In this document: positions 37,781-47,979 of the stretch, piece after piece
Layout: each line of letters opens with the position of its first letter
Position numbering within the stretch: the first letter of the stretch is position 1
NCBI GenBank assembly: GCA_026397405.1
Contig: JAPLUW010000001.1
Location: 43,138-107,137, forward strand
Length of the DNA stretch: 64,000 nt
Direction of reading: 5' to 3'
From: Candidatus Adlerbacteria bacterium
Lineage (GTDB): Bacteria > Patescibacteriota > Minisyncoccia > Phycocordibacterales > SBAW01
Notes under the pieces: model-generated
Databases searched by the model: none
What the model saw: the letters and a program-made list of their open reading frames with translations, nothing else
Told to the model about the DNA's origin: nothing
Program-made: the position numbers and the translations under genes

Positions 37781-38818
37781 TTATATATGCTTCGCGAGAC
37801 GCTGCACATGTTCGACAAGCGAATGCGTGTACCCCATTTCGTTGTCATACCATGCCAGTACTTTAACCAGGTTGCCGTCCACAACACGCGTGAGAGACAG
37901 GTCGGCAATAGAGGCATGTGCGTTCCCAAGTATGTCGCTTGAAACCAGCGGCTCGGTCGTGACTGCAAATACCGGTTTCCATCGTTCGTCTGCTGCAGCG
38001 TTTGTTAAAATATTATTTATCTCTTCCACACTTGTAGGGCGCTTTGCGATAAACGTTACGTCAGCAATAGAACCTGCAACAACCGGCACGCGCAAGGAAA
38101 TACCGTCGAATTTACCTGCAAGTTCGGGCAGTGCTTTGGTTACCGCAATTGCCGCCCCAGTTGAAGACGGCACTATATTGTCTGCGCCTGCCCGCCCATC
38201 GCGAAAGTCGTCCTTACCTTTTGCTTTTTTAACCGGGCCGTCGACTATGTTTTGAGACGCAGTGTAGGCATGTGTTGTTGAAAGTACTGCTTTTTCAACT
38301 CCGACAGCCTCGTTCAAAATTTGTATAAGCGGGCTCGATGCATTTGTCGTACACGATGCGTTGGATGTGATAATAGACGTTTCAAATTTATCGTCATTAA
38401 TTCCAACAAGTATAGTTGCACCTGCAAGACCCTCGGGAGCGTCATCTTTAACTGGAGCGGTGATAACGACACGCTTGGCACCTGCTGCTATATGTACTTT
38501 TGCTTTTTCATAACTTGTAAAAAAACCCGTACTTTCAATAACAATATCAATACCCAAATCCTTCCATGGGAGGTTGCTCGGGTCAGCTTCCGCGTAGACA
38601 GGGATTTTTGTACCGCCAACAACAAGCGCGCCGTTTTCTGTAGCAATAGGAAATGTTGCCTGCCCGTAGACGCTGTCGTGCGTTAGTAGATATGCTAAAT
38701 TTTCTGCATCACTTAAGTCATTTATTGCGACCACTTCTAATTCCGGATGCTCCTGCACAACACGCATAAATGCCCGGCCAATACGCCCAAACCCGTTAAT
38801 CGCTATTTTTGTTGCCAT
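37781..38818 (-). CDS. gap: Glyceraldehyde-3-phosphate dehydrogenase (type I).
   Basis: INGFGRIGRAFMRV and active-site ASCTTNASSPL. Confidence 0.92.
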   Translation of the reverse strand: MATKIAINGFGRIGRAFMRVVQEHPELEVVAINDLSDAENLAYLLTHDSVYGQATFPIATENGALVVGGTKIPVYAEADPSNLPWKDLGIDIVIESTGFFTSYEKAKVHIAAGAKRVVITAPVKDDAPEGLAGATILVGINDDKFETSIITSNASCTTNASSPLIQILNEAVGVEKAVLSTTHAYTASQNIVDGPVKKAKGKDDFRDGRAGADNIVPSSTGAAIAVTKALPELAGKFDGISLRVPVVAGSIADVTFIAKRPTSVEEINNILTNAAADERWKPVFAVTTEPLVSSDILGNAHASIADLSLTRVVDGNLVKVLAWYDNEMGYTHSLVEHVQRLAKHI

Positions 38819-38847
38819 ACTACGCAGTATACCAGACTCAACTTTCT

Positions 38848-39801
38848 CTACAGAGTGCCGTTTGAAGAGCTTGCGGTGGCAGGAGTTGAAGGCGCGTCCG
38901 GCACGACCGGTGGTGGAGTACCCACAACAACACTACGGGTTGCTTCTGCCGTACTCCCGCCCGTGGCAGTGGTTATATACGTAATGGTATGTACCCCGTA
39001 TGTTTTGGTATCAAGCCGTATCTCTTGTACACGCACACCGTCAAGGAAAATTGTGTACCCGAGCTCGTGCCCAACGCTGTCTGTTGCAACAGCTCCTAAG
39101 TCTATATATGAATCACCGATAGCAAGCCGCGCGGGGTTATTACCAAGGATCTGCACTGTTGGGGATGTTCCCCCACTTTGAGTTTGTGGCAGAGGAGGCG
39201 CGTCTGACGAAGGTGAAGAAGAATTGTCTCCTGAACTGGAAGGGGCTGCGGATACAGTTTCGTCAACCACAGGGACGTAGCCCGGAAGAGTTTCTGTGGT
39301 GTCGTCGAGGAATTTACCTATCAACCCACCGTAGGCCGTTGCAACAATTTTTTGTGATACCTGTGCTTTTTCTATTTGTTGTGTCTCTCGCAGCAGCTCC
39401 ATTTCACGACCAACTCGCTGTACAAGTTCGTGTGTGACATACACACCCAGGTCTTTGCCGTTGAGTGCTTCTTTTTGGACCTTCATCGACTCACCCTTTG
39501 TGATGTCTTGCCAAACGGAGTCTTTAATATCAATAGTATTGAGCGAATAGTTTACGTAGTAAAAGTCATTGTCTTCGCTTACTCCGGTAATAGTGATGCG
39601 CGGTGTGTAGGAGTCGAGGTTTTTACCTACGAGATATGTATTGTCTACCGAAAGGACTTTTGTTTCCGACGACAGCACTCCTGCGGCTACGTCGGAGCGA
39701 ATTGCAGGACTTGCAGCAAATGCTGAACCTGCAGAAAGCACCAGGAGAGAAATAATGACAGGTACCGCGTTATTGTATTTTACAAATTTCCACCACGGCA
39801 T
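38848..39801 (-). CDS. Secreted hypothetical protein with Ser/Pro-rich linkers and a C-terminal Ig-like (DUF5011-like) domain.
   Basis: Signal peptide (VIISLLVLSAGSAFAA) and PTVQILGNNPARLAIGDSYIDLGAVATD...HTITYITT. Last gene of the minus-strand operon that starts at 43795. Confidence 0.5.
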   Translation of the reverse strand: MPWWKFVKYNNAVPVIISLLVLSAGSAFAASPAIRSDVAAGVLSSETKVLSVDNTYLVGKNLDSYTPRITITGVSEDNDFYYVNYSLNTIDIKDSVWQDITKGESMKVQKEALNGKDLGVYVTHELVQRVGREMELLRETQQIEKAQVSQKIVATAYGGLIGKFLDDTTETLPGYVPVVDETVSAAPSSSGDNSSSPSSDAPPLPQTQSGGTSPTVQILGNNPARLAIGDSYIDLGAVATDSVGHELGYTIFLDGVRVQEIRLDTKTYGVHTITYITTATGGSTAEATRSVVVGTPPPVVPDAPSTPATASSSNGTL

Positions 39802-39805
39802 ATTG

Positions 39806-40327
39806 CTACAGAATACCACGAGTTAGAAGCTTCTTTTTTCTTGCGTATACATATAAACCTGAAGCCCCCATACAAAAACCCGCTACCCCTGATACCACAT
39901 ACCAGAACCACACGTACTTTGTAGTATCTCCAGCAGCAACAGGTATTTGAAACGTTGCCTCGCCTAGCGTATCGTCGGCTGTTTCGTACCGCACCGAAAC
40001 GCTGTACACGCCGGGTGCCGCAAACGTATACACCAACCCCGTTGGCCCCGCGTCCATGTGCGCAATGCCGGCTGCAAACAACGTACCATTGTCTTGGTAG
40101 ATACGTACCCACACATTACGGTAAGGGGCATCGCCCGGTGTTGGCCCGTTTTGATATATTTTAAAATCAAAGTAGGTTGAGTCACCTGCAACCACTGGGT
40201 CCGGGCTATACCCTACGTCTAGTAAGTACTTCCCCACTATCTGCTCTACGCTTTTGCCGGTTGTATGCGCAAAGGCAGCGTACGGTATAAGCAGCAGGCT
40301 AATACTTACAAGTAAAAACTTTTTCAT
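39806..40327 (-). CDS. Secreted protein with a C-terminal TM anchor, hypothetical.
   Basis: Signal peptide MKKFLLVSISLLLIPYAAFA and C-terminal WFWYVVSGVAGFCMGASGLYVYARKKK. Confidence 0.45.
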   Translation of the reverse strand: MKKFLLVSISLLLIPYAAFAHTTGKSVEQIVGKYLLDVGYSPDPVVAGDSTYFDFKIYQNGPTPGDAPYRNVWVRIYQDNGTLFAAGIAHMDAGPTGLVYTFAAPGVYSVSVRYETADDTLGEATFQIPVAAGDTTKYVWFWYVVSGVAGFCMGASGLYVYARKKKLLTRGIL

Positions 40328-41547
40328 AGCATATCGGGCGAATTTTCTTCCGAGCATTGCTTCTGCAAGTTTTCCGGCAACGCAGCACATAATTTCCCTC
40401 TGTTTACTGTATCACTTCCGAAGGTAAAGTTTGCGAGATCTGCCAAATATCCAAAACAACTCTCTCGATACAGTTTTCCTGCGCTTGTACAAACAGCAAC
40501 AGCGGCCGGGCCTTGTGTTCTGTCTTCTTCGACAAATGCCTCGGCAAGGATCCCAAAACATTCCTGCCCAAGTGCTCGCGGTAAGGCACTGCAGACTGCC
40601 GCTTGTTTTTGTGGGTCACTAAGTGATGTGCGTGCCCCTATAGTAAGTGCAGTGCGATAGCAATTTGTTTGTGTTGCGGAGTCTTTTACTGTTGTACAAA
40701 ATGCTTGTACACCCGCAGCAGTTTTTAAGTCGTCGCGGAACAGTGGCCATCCTTCACCAAAACATACACTGCGCTCTTCTTCTGTTTTGTACGTACCACA
40801 AAACTGCGCGAGCGTGTCGCGTGTAGGTTTAACCGGAAGCCGCGCGATAAGTTCGTAGTCTTCTGGTTCAAGCGGTTGGAAAATTTGCATAAACACGCCA
40901 GAGATACACGTTTGACTATAGTCTTCGCCATTAGTTTTTACGGCTATTTTTTTACAGTACGAAACTGCTCGGGGCATGTCGGCGCCCGTTACAAACGTGA
41001 GTACGTGCCCCATGCCGTGGTAACACATTGCGCGGTCGAGGCTTGTCGGGCTCCAGTTGGCAGCAGGTTCGCATGCCCGAGCCAGGTCAGGCTCAATTGC
41101 ATCAATTTGTTCGGGAGGTAGCTCCGCCGCATGGAACCTCCCGACGATAACACCGTGGATATACCCGTTGGAACACACGCTGTCCGGTGGGTTTTTATGC
41201 ATCAAGCTCACCCATGCACCCGGGTCCCTGGCAACTTCGTCTTGTCCTATGTTGTGCGCAAGCACGTGGCAAAAACGATACTTGGTATCTTGCGTTTGAA
41301 TTTCACGTATGACCGAAAACACATCTTCAACTGGAACTACATATAAAAGACGAGGCACGGTGCGTTCGTAGCATCCGCCACTGTCTGGTTTCTGTGCACA
41401 ATACCAAACAAAAAATGTGGCTGTCGTCCGAGCTAGTGACTGGGACAACCTAGTGTTTGCAGAAACAACAAGAAACAATGCCAGCATACCTACCAAGACA
41501 GCCGCAGCAACATGTACCCAGACATTATGTTTTTTTTGCATATTCAT
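40324..41547 (-). CDS. Member 1 of a paralogous Cys-rich membrane-anchored family carrying C-x-H...G and C-x-HG-x-GH motifs (unknown function).
   Basis: N-terminal TM. CHVLAHNIG and CYHGMGHV motifs. About 18 Cys. Confidence 0.6.
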   Translation of the reverse strand: MNMQKKHNVWVHVAAAVLVGMLALFLVVSANTRLSQSLARTTATFFVWYCAQKPDSGGCYERTVPRLLYVVPVEDVFSVIREIQTQDTKYRFCHVLAHNIGQDEVARDPGAWVSLMHKNPPDSVCSNGYIHGVIVGRFHAAELPPEQIDAIEPDLARACEPAANWSPTSLDRAMCYHGMGHVLTFVTGADMPRAVSYCKKIAVKTNGEDYSQTCISGVFMQIFQPLEPEDYELIARLPVKPTRDTLAQFCGTYKTEEERSVCFGEGWPLFRDDLKTAAGVQAFCTTVKDSATQTNCYRTALTIGARTSLSDPQKQAAVCSALPRALGQECFGILAEAFVEEDRTQGPAAVAVCTSAGKLYRESCFGYLADLANFTFGSDTVNRGKLCAALPENLQKQCSEENSPDML

Positions 41548-41552
41548 AAAGT

Positions 41553-42620
41553 TTAGTCGCGACCCGGAGAAGGTACTTCTGACCTACCTGAAGCTGCTTT
41601 GCCACACATTGTGTACCACGGCTCAATGAGACCTACGCATACGCCTCGTGCGCGGCTGCGAGCGGACACCTCAGCAAAAAAAGAGTCGGCAGCAGTTACT
41701 ATACAAGAGCTTCGTTCATCAGTGCGTGCAGACGCCAAAGCACATAACGTGATTGTTTCTGCAACGTCATAGTCTGCAGCCATAGCAACGATAGTACCTA
41801 CTCCTTGAAAACATTTTGTATGCACACTCATTGCTGTGCCGCTACACAATGTTCCTATACGAGTAACTATGTCCCTAGAACTCTTTCCTTCACTTTTAAA
41901 ACTCTGATACCACCATTGCGGCTGCCAATAATAGCAAACCTCCGCATCTCCACCCGTGAATATATTGCACGGATACTGTAGCCCGTCTGGCTCAACACTG
42001 CGTGGCGGCATACCGGAAAACGAATGCATGGTGCGCATATTAAATTCCATAAACACTCCTCCTGGGCAGCCCCCAATAGGGTCGCTGTATGCAAGCCGTT
42101 TACATACATCAAGGCTTTCTATCAACGCGTCGTCCGTGTACCCAAGATACGACTCGATACCATGTCCAAGACCGTGAGTACAGGAAAGTGCTTTTCCAGG
42201 ACCAAGTGCTTTAAAGCAAGCCTCGTTGAGTGCCTCAACAATAGTAAGACCTTCCTGTTGTATAGCACGCCCTAAAAATTCGTGGAAACAACCGTACGCA
42301 AACAAATCATCGCAGGCAGAAAGTCCCGTCACTCCTTCTTGTTCATATAAACTTCCTCCAAAAATATGTGCCATGGTGTGTTGGTCCCCAGGTGTCGAGC
42401 TTGCATAGGCGCGCAGAAATTCTGTATACGCAATTTTGCCACCTACTCGCGCTATTTCTCCCCTCCAAAATGTCCCGGCCTCTCTAAAACCTTCATTGGT
42501 ATACAACGCAAATACAGGCACCTTCAAGGGGGTTGCGCGCATATGCGAAACAACAATACTTCCAAGAACCAGTGTTATGCACAGTAGAGCAACACTGTGG
42601 TAGCCCAGTGGGTGTTTCAT
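41553..42620 (-). CDS. Member 2 of the Cys-rich C-x-HG-x-GH family.
   Basis: N-terminal TM. CFHEFLGRA and CTHGLGHG, then C..GVFMEF. Confidence 0.6.
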   Translation of the reverse strand: MKHPLGYHSVALLCITLVLGSIVVSHMRATPLKVPVFALYTNEGFREAGTFWRGEIARVGGKIAYTEFLRAYASSTPGDQHTMAHIFGGSLYEQEGVTGLSACDDLFAYGCFHEFLGRAIQQEGLTIVEALNEACFKALGPGKALSCTHGLGHGIESYLGYTDDALIESLDVCKRLAYSDPIGGCPGGVFMEFNMRTMHSFSGMPPRSVEPDGLQYPCNIFTGGDAEVCYYWQPQWWYQSFKSEGKSSRDIVTRIGTLCSGTAMSVHTKCFQGVGTIVAMAADYDVAETITLCALASARTDERSSCIVTAADSFFAEVSARSRARGVCVGLIEPWYTMCGKAASGRSEVPSPGRD

Positions 42621-43795
42621 TTTGATGTGTGGGGTGTATACCTGTCAGTAAGGACCTGTACATATGAAGTGCACGAGCGTTCTGCTACAGGGTCTTGCAC
42701 ACCAAGAAGCGCGCAGAAATGTGCGGAAATTTTTGGATCATTTTCTCCACCCCAATAGAGAGAATCTTGTATACTTTCAACACATAGTGTTGTGTCGTGC
42801 GCATTACCAGAACGTGAGCACCACGACGTCATACGTGCAAGTTCCTCATCGGTCAGTGTAGTTATGTCTCGCGCATCGCTCTGCCGTGCCCACCAAATAA
42901 ATTCTTTGCCAAACGACCCTATACACACGTCACGGTCCTGGTCGCCCACTGGAAGTGCGCGACACAGCGAAAAGGCTTTTGGAAATACCGCAGGGTCAGG
43001 ATGATTTTTGTCACCACCCGCAGCCTCAATTAAATGTGGTGTGACGTAGATGTAACAAAAAGCGCGAACTTCTTTTGGCATATACGGTTTGTCGCACGGA
43101 GAGAGCGGGTCGGCAGTGGTCAAATACTGTGGGCGCATCGTACTCCACACTTCGGGGCTATGCCCACCACCGGAAATTAATTCCATAATGGCACCGCCAA
43201 CACATTGGGGATATTCTTCGAACTGTGCGGCCCGAGTGCCCGTCTTTTTACACAGCGCTATCGTTTTTTCTAAATTGTAATTTTCGTATGCAAGCACGCC
43301 GTGGCCGAGACCATGAAAGCACATGGTGTATGCACCACTGCCGCCTGGAGCTTTTTTGCAGGATTCTGAAATATCGTCTAAGGCTTTTTCGCCATAGTCG
43401 AGGAGTAAACCCACCACAACGGTGTGCGAACAGGCATTGCGAAATTCGTCGGTGCAATATTGTATGGCGTCTTTGCCATATTGTTTATACAGCTCATCAC
43501 CGACCGTGTGCCCAAGCAAATGGATATCTGTTTGGGGAGGCAGAGGTGCACGACGTAATATTTCAAACGCATACAGCGCGCCCTTTTTTACTGCAATGTC
43601 TTTAAAGTATGAGTTTAGTTCACTAAAACTATCTTCATGATGCACAATGTCGGTCACTTCCGGGTAGGGCCTTATTGCACGCACATAATAGCCATATCCG
43701 ACAATGACACACAGCAAAAAAAAAGGGATGAGTTTTGGCAGCATGCGCCGTAATGTCATGGAAACACGCATGCTATTTAGTATACTTGAGTACAA
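42617..43795 (-). CDS. Member 3 of the Cys-rich C-x-HG-x-GH family.
   Basis: N-terminal TM. CSHTVVVGLLLDYG and CFHGLGHGV, then C.GGAIMEL. The start may be the internal ATG at 43759. Confidence 0.6.
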   Translation of the reverse strand: MYSSILNSMRVSMTLRRMLPKLIPFFLLCVIVGYGYYVRAIRPYPEVTDIVHHEDSFSELNSYFKDIAVKKGALYAFEILRRAPLPPQTDIHLLGHTVGDELYKQYGKDAIQYCTDEFRNACSHTVVVGLLLDYGEKALDDISESCKKAPGGSGAYTMCFHGLGHGVLAYENYNLEKTIALCKKTGTRAAQFEEYPQCVGGAIMELISGGGHSPEVWSTMRPQYLTTADPLSPCDKPYMPKEVRAFCYIYVTPHLIEAAGGDKNHPDPAVFPKAFSLCRALPVGDQDRDVCIGSFGKEFIWWARQSDARDITTLTDEELARMTSWCSRSGNAHDTTLCVESIQDSLYWGGENDPKISAHFCALLGVQDPVAERSCTSYVQVLTDRYTPHTSK

Positions 43796-45411
43796 TGCAA
43801 AACCTCAAAATGGCAGGACTATGCGGGATTATGTTGGTCCTGCTTGCCAGCATAGGCAGCCTGGCGCGCCTCCGTGAGATGAAGATGTCAGTGGGAAACC
43901 CTGCCGCATATGCAGAAGCCCACGCACTTGACCCACTGTTTGCATTCCCAGGATTTGAAACAGCGGACCTAAAAACCCAAATAGCAGCATTTAAAATATC
44001 TGCCTCTGTAGCACTTCCTGCCTTTCCCGAAGGTGCCTATGTGCGAGACCATATATACCCATTTCGTTTTTTAGATCTATTACCACAAACAGAAGAGGCT
44101 AGGAGGCAAGTGCTTGCAGAACCAACGCTGGAACATGCTACGTTGTATCACACACTACTTCTCTCACTTATTGCAGCACACAAGCAAGACTTGGAAGACG
44201 CCGTTGCCCTGCTCGCCCACGACATGTCGGGCTCACACTATGAATTGTTTAGCGGCCAAACAACCGCCACTCATATACGAAGTGTACTAACAGAAACACT
44301 CAAGACAGACACGAGGGCAGAAGAAAAAGAAAAGGCTCGGTTCGCATGTCTTAGCGGTACAACCCGAGCGTGCGAGTCGCTGACAAAACTACAGCTGCAA
44401 TTTGGACCGCATGATGGTGGCCAAAATCTGCCCCCCACCGAAAGCGTTCTTAACAGCGTGCTAGAAAACCGTGATGCACTTACAGTTGCCTATCCATCGA
44501 TTGATACTCGACCCCTTATTTCGCTTACACAGTCTTCCTGCTTTACCAACTCACCTGCTTTTTTTGCAGTTGTTGGAGGAGTGTCGCGACTTTCAAACTT
44601 ACCGACGACACAGGCGGTCTATTTGAGTGACTTATATTTTGAAGATGTGCGAACCAGCACACAACCTTTCTACGCAGCTCTTCGGAAAGAGGGCGACTCT
44701 TTTACCTACCAACCATTCCGCGCATACTTGTGCCCCGACGCAGGTATAGATTTTGGAACAACAGTAACTATACAACGTGCATACGATACGCTGAGACAGA
44801 ATCCATTCACACCTACGGCACCCATCTCTCCCCTTTTCGAAACTCTGGTGAGCGCACAAAAAAACTTTACAGAAGCGCCTTTTCTTACAGACACTGCATA
44901 CGATGCATTTATTAGGGCGGCGACAGAAACTGTTCGCGGCACACCTAAGGACATACTTACAGAGAGGCTCGGCGGACAAACAGAAGTTCTGCGGCTTATA
45001 GAACTTGTAACAGAGGCCGAGACAAACAGTGCTGACTTTGCCGGCACCATTGGATATTTTGACGACCTCCAAATTGGCGGCTCTATTATCTACAATTTGC
45101 AGTCGAGCCCTACTATTGTGTACTTTATCTCCCGCGGTGGCCTGTCGCAACTCTATGCGCTCAACAACAAAACTATTTCTCCCACACCAGAACCTCTAAC
45201 TACACAAAGAGCAGCGCCCGCCGACCAGATATCAAAAGGAGAGGGAGTGCCGTATGTTTCGTATATGCAGACACACGACACTGAACCTGCGTTTTCCGAT
45301 ATCCGCACGTTACTTACACGAGACATTCCTGCGCGCGCACGAGTACTTTCCCCATCACTTACACAACTACAACAAAAACGTGCAGAATATGTTCGTGCGC
45401 GTACGCACTAA
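43795..45411 (+). CDS. Membrane-anchored extracellular hypothetical protein (about 538 aa).
   Basis: N-terminal TM (AGLCGIMLVLLASIGSLA), no recognisable domain. Start at 43795 or 43810. Confidence 0.5.
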   Translation: MQNLKMAGLCGIMLVLLASIGSLARLREMKMSVGNPAAYAEAHALDPLFAFPGFETADLKTQIAAFKISASVALPAFPEGAYVRDHIYPFRFLDLLPQTEEARRQVLAEPTLEHATLYHTLLLSLIAAHKQDLEDAVALLAHDMSGSHYELFSGQTTATHIRSVLTETLKTDTRAEEKEKARFACLSGTTRACESLTKLQLQFGPHDGGQNLPPTESVLNSVLENRDALTVAYPSIDTRPLISLTQSSCFTNSPAFFAVVGGVSRLSNLPTTQAVYLSDLYFEDVRTSTQPFYAALRKEGDSFTYQPFRAYLCPDAGIDFGTTVTIQRAYDTLRQNPFTPTAPISPLFETLVSAQKNFTEAPFLTDTAYDAFIRAATETVRGTPKDILTERLGGQTEVLRLIELVTEAETNSADFAGTIGYFDDLQIGGSIIYNLQSSPTIVYFISRGGLSQLYALNNKTISPTPEPLTTQRAAPADQISKGEGVPYVSYMQTHDTEPAFSDIRTLLTRDIPARARVLSPSLTQLQQKRAEYVRARTH

Positions 45412-46695
45412 CTATCTAGACACTTGAAGTCGTTTGCGTTTGTCTGTTGGTAATGTGCGTAATACTTCTACCGGCTCCGCAGTACATACAAGTGGCGAAA
45501 CGACACCGAGCTCCACAAGGTCGGCATATGTTCGTGTAGAACTTACCTGGATAGCACGCGCAAGCATGTCACTGTGTATATAAGGAGCGTGGTCAGTATA
45601 GAGCACGGTAGAAAGGCCGGGAGGGCTAATGCGTTCATTCCAGACAGCAGTAAAGTCTGCCACTTTGTATGGGAGTTTCAGCACAGCTTCTTCAAGCACA
45701 GCACTGCTCAGCCCCCCGTATGGCAATAGTTTTATCCTGTCCAAACCAACACGGCCGAGTATTTCAAACATGGGTTCTGTACTGCCACACGAACAGAGCC
45801 CGTGCTTGCGCACCACGGCGTAGTCGCCCGTGCGGTAGCGCACAAGAGAAAACGCCATGGGAGTAAGTGCTGTTATCACCACTTCGCCTTCAGCACCCTC
45901 CACCTGAGGAACTACATGGCCAGTTTCTGGGTCGACAAGTTCTAACTGGTACGTTGGGAACACGTGCATATAGTTTGGCGACACCGTGAGGTAACTCGGG
46001 CAGGTGTAGCCCACCGTTCCGTGGGCATCAACAGTCGCATACACAGCAGCAATAGTTGCATGCGGAAATGCTTCAACCAACTCTCTGCGTAAAGGCTCTG
46101 TCACGCGCTCACCCATTAGCACAATACGTTTCATACGCGCAGCAAGCGGCGTTCCTGCGACGTAGTGTCCAACGCCGGCAAGCGGTGAGGGGAACGAATA
46201 CATCGAGTCAACTCCTGCGGCTTCGGCACGTGCAAATGTTTTTTCCTGGTCGCGATAGTCGCCCGACACTGCGACGTGCCCACCCTCCTCTACTACATAT
46301 GTTTCGTGTACAGCATTTGACGGCGAATAAATGAGAATAGAATACGTATCTTCTTTTTTAAAATAGGGTCCAAAAAAACGGCCCGCAAGTGCTTCTTCCC
46401 CGCTAAAACCAAGCGACTTCCGGTAGCGCATTAGCTCTGGCTCTTCCGCCAGAGGAAAGGCAATCACTCCACGACCCGACGACCCAGATGTTGCCCGCAC
46501 AAAATGTATCATTTCTTTCGGGATAAAAATGCGGTCAAAAAAAGGAGTCGCGTCTATTTCCTCGCGTGTGAGCAGGGGGATGCCAGCAAGATCTTTTTCT
46601 ATATATGTTTTATAGTCGCTGCCATATTTGCGACGATAAAAATCCGAATACGGATTTAAAATAGCAAACTGCAGTGCGCGAGAAAGTAGTGTCAT
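45412..46695 (-). CDS. Adenylate-forming enzyme of the PaaK / coenzyme F390 synthetase-like family (ANL superfamily).
   Basis: P-loop-like ATSGSSGRGV and the adenylation motif YRTGDYAVV. 427 aa, typical PaaK size. Confidence 0.68.
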   Translation of the reverse strand: MTLLSRALQFAILNPYSDFYRRKYGSDYKTYIEKDLAGIPLLTREEIDATPFFDRIFIPKEMIHFVRATSGSSGRGVIAFPLAEEPELMRYRKSLGFSGEEALAGRFFGPYFKKEDTYSILIYSPSNAVHETYVVEEGGHVAVSGDYRDQEKTFARAEAAGVDSMYSFPSPLAGVGHYVAGTPLAARMKRIVLMGERVTEPLRRELVEAFPHATIAAVYATVDAHGTVGYTCPSYLTVSPNYMHVFPTYQLELVDPETGHVVPQVEGAEGEVVITALTPMAFSLVRYRTGDYAVVRKHGLCSCGSTEPMFEILGRVGLDRIKLLPYGGLSSAVLEEAVLKLPYKVADFTAVWNERISPPGLSTVLYTDHAPYIHSDMLARAIQVSSTRTYADLVELGVVSPLVCTAEPVEVLRTLPTDKRKRLQVSR

Positions 46696-47004
46696 GGTAG
46701 TGGGTCAAACACGACCACGCCCCCAGGCGGCGTGTACGGAGAAATTTCGCCGGACGTAGTGACAATAAGCCAACCTTTAATGTGCGAGAGAATTCCAAGG
46801 CTTTCGAGATGTGCCACAAGCTCATACAGGAGTGTGTCTGTTGTCACAAGTGCTTAACAACAATATTTCGTGCACGGGCCTCCACATATGCAGGGCGATG
46901 TAGTTGCAACACTGGGGGCAACAACAGGCCAAGACCCCTGGGGCGCACAGTATCAAGCAACCCGCCCAATGCTTTCCATTCCTGTTCGCCAGACATTAGA
47001 TACT

Positions 47005-47193
47005 CTAGTACACCCCGCCGCACCATACGTAGTAGATCTTCTCTGTAGATTTTCCTTGTGTTTGTTTTTCTGTTTCCTTGTCTTGAGAAGGGGTAACGGG
47101 ACAGAAGAGTTCTTGTTTTTCTTTATGTGCAACAATCCCAATTGTCAGAACAGGAAGGAAAAACCCAAGCCCTATAAGAAATTTCTTCATCAT
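47005..47193 (-). CDS. Small signal-peptide protein (62 aa), possibly co-transcribed with the upstream paralog gene.
   Basis: MMKKFLIGLGFFLPVLTIGIVA..., 33 nt downstream of the stop of the 47227..47979 gene. No strong RBS. Confidence 0.25.
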   Translation of the reverse strand: MMKKFLIGLGFFLPVLTIGIVAHKEKQELFCPVTPSQDKETEKQTQGKSTEKIYYVWCGGVY

Positions 47194-47226
47194 AGTGTAA
47201 TACCTACAGTATAACGCACACAACAC

Positions 47227-47979
47227 TTAGTGGAATAGCCCACCAAAAAATGACGCAACTGATCCAAAGAAATTACTGTTAAAACTTCCAAATGACGTTT
47301 TTTTGTATCCGGCTGGGTAGATATACTCCCCTTTCTTTACTAGTGTTGTATCGGTCTTTTCGACTTCCGGGACTATTGGATTGGCGAGGATGTAGGGGTC
47401 GTGGCGAATGCCGGTGACTTGCCAGGAGACTCGGGCCCCTGGGGTGCCACCCGCGATGCCGAACTGGTTATTTTGCACCTCGCGACTTATATAGAGGTTC
47501 GGCATCGGCTCCCCGAGCGGCCGCACTAAGTAACGATAGTCTTTATTCAACACTTCAAAATACTTTGGGAGGGAGACCGCAGCTTCCCCGTTAGCATCCA
47601 ATGTTGCGATACCATCGTAGATGTTTTTAACGTCCGGCGACTCAACGAACGAGTGGTAGAGAAGTTTGTTAGCGGGGTCGAGGGGGTGGTCTATGACAAA
47701 CGAACCTGATCCTTTGGAAATAGAGCCTGTTACTGCAACAGTTTTCGATGCAGTAGCATTTTTTGTAAAGGTTGTCTGATACGTTGACTGTGAATAGTAC
47801 GTACTTTGTGAGTAATACGTTGACTGCGAATAGTACGTTCCTTGGTAGTACGGCTGCGAATAATATGCCGACTCAGCATAGTAGTCTCCTTGTGAATACG
47901 CATGGGTAGCATGCGGAATAAGCACGCAGGCAAGCAGCGAGAACGCCGAGACCGTATAGGTATATATATTATTTCTCAT
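47227..47979 (-). CDS. Secreted protein, paralog A of a triplicated family (conserved FVIDHPLDP...HSFVESPDVKNIYDGIATLD domain and identical C-terminal 40 aa).
   Basis: Signal peptide. Tyr/Gln/Ser-rich repeats (YYSQSTYYSQSTYYSQSTY). C-terminus ARVSWQVTGIRHDPYILANPIVPEVEKTDTTLVKKGEY. Its start ATG overlaps the paralog B stop in ATGAGAAATAA. Confidence 0.65.
   Translation of the reverse strand: MRNNIYTYTVSAFSLLACVLIPHATHAYSQGDYYAESAYYSQPYYQGTYYSQSTYYSQSTYYSQSTYQTTFTKNATASKTVAVTGSISKGSGSFVIDHPLDPANKLLYHSFVESPDVKNIYDGIATLDANGEAAVSLPKYFEVLNKDYRYLVRPLGEPMPNLYISREVQNNQFGIAGGTPGARVSWQVTGIRHDPYILANPIVPEVEKTDTTLVKKGEYIYPAGYKKTSFGSFNSNFFGSVASFFGGLFH

Noticed and set aside
46782-47214. 88-aa and 114-aa plus-strand ORFs (one Cys-rich: MCHKLIQECVCCHKC) upstream of the PaaK-like gene
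   Set aside because: No RBS. They overlap each other and the minus-strand small ORF, and composition is not coding-like. Kept only as a remark under the PaaK finding, not as features.
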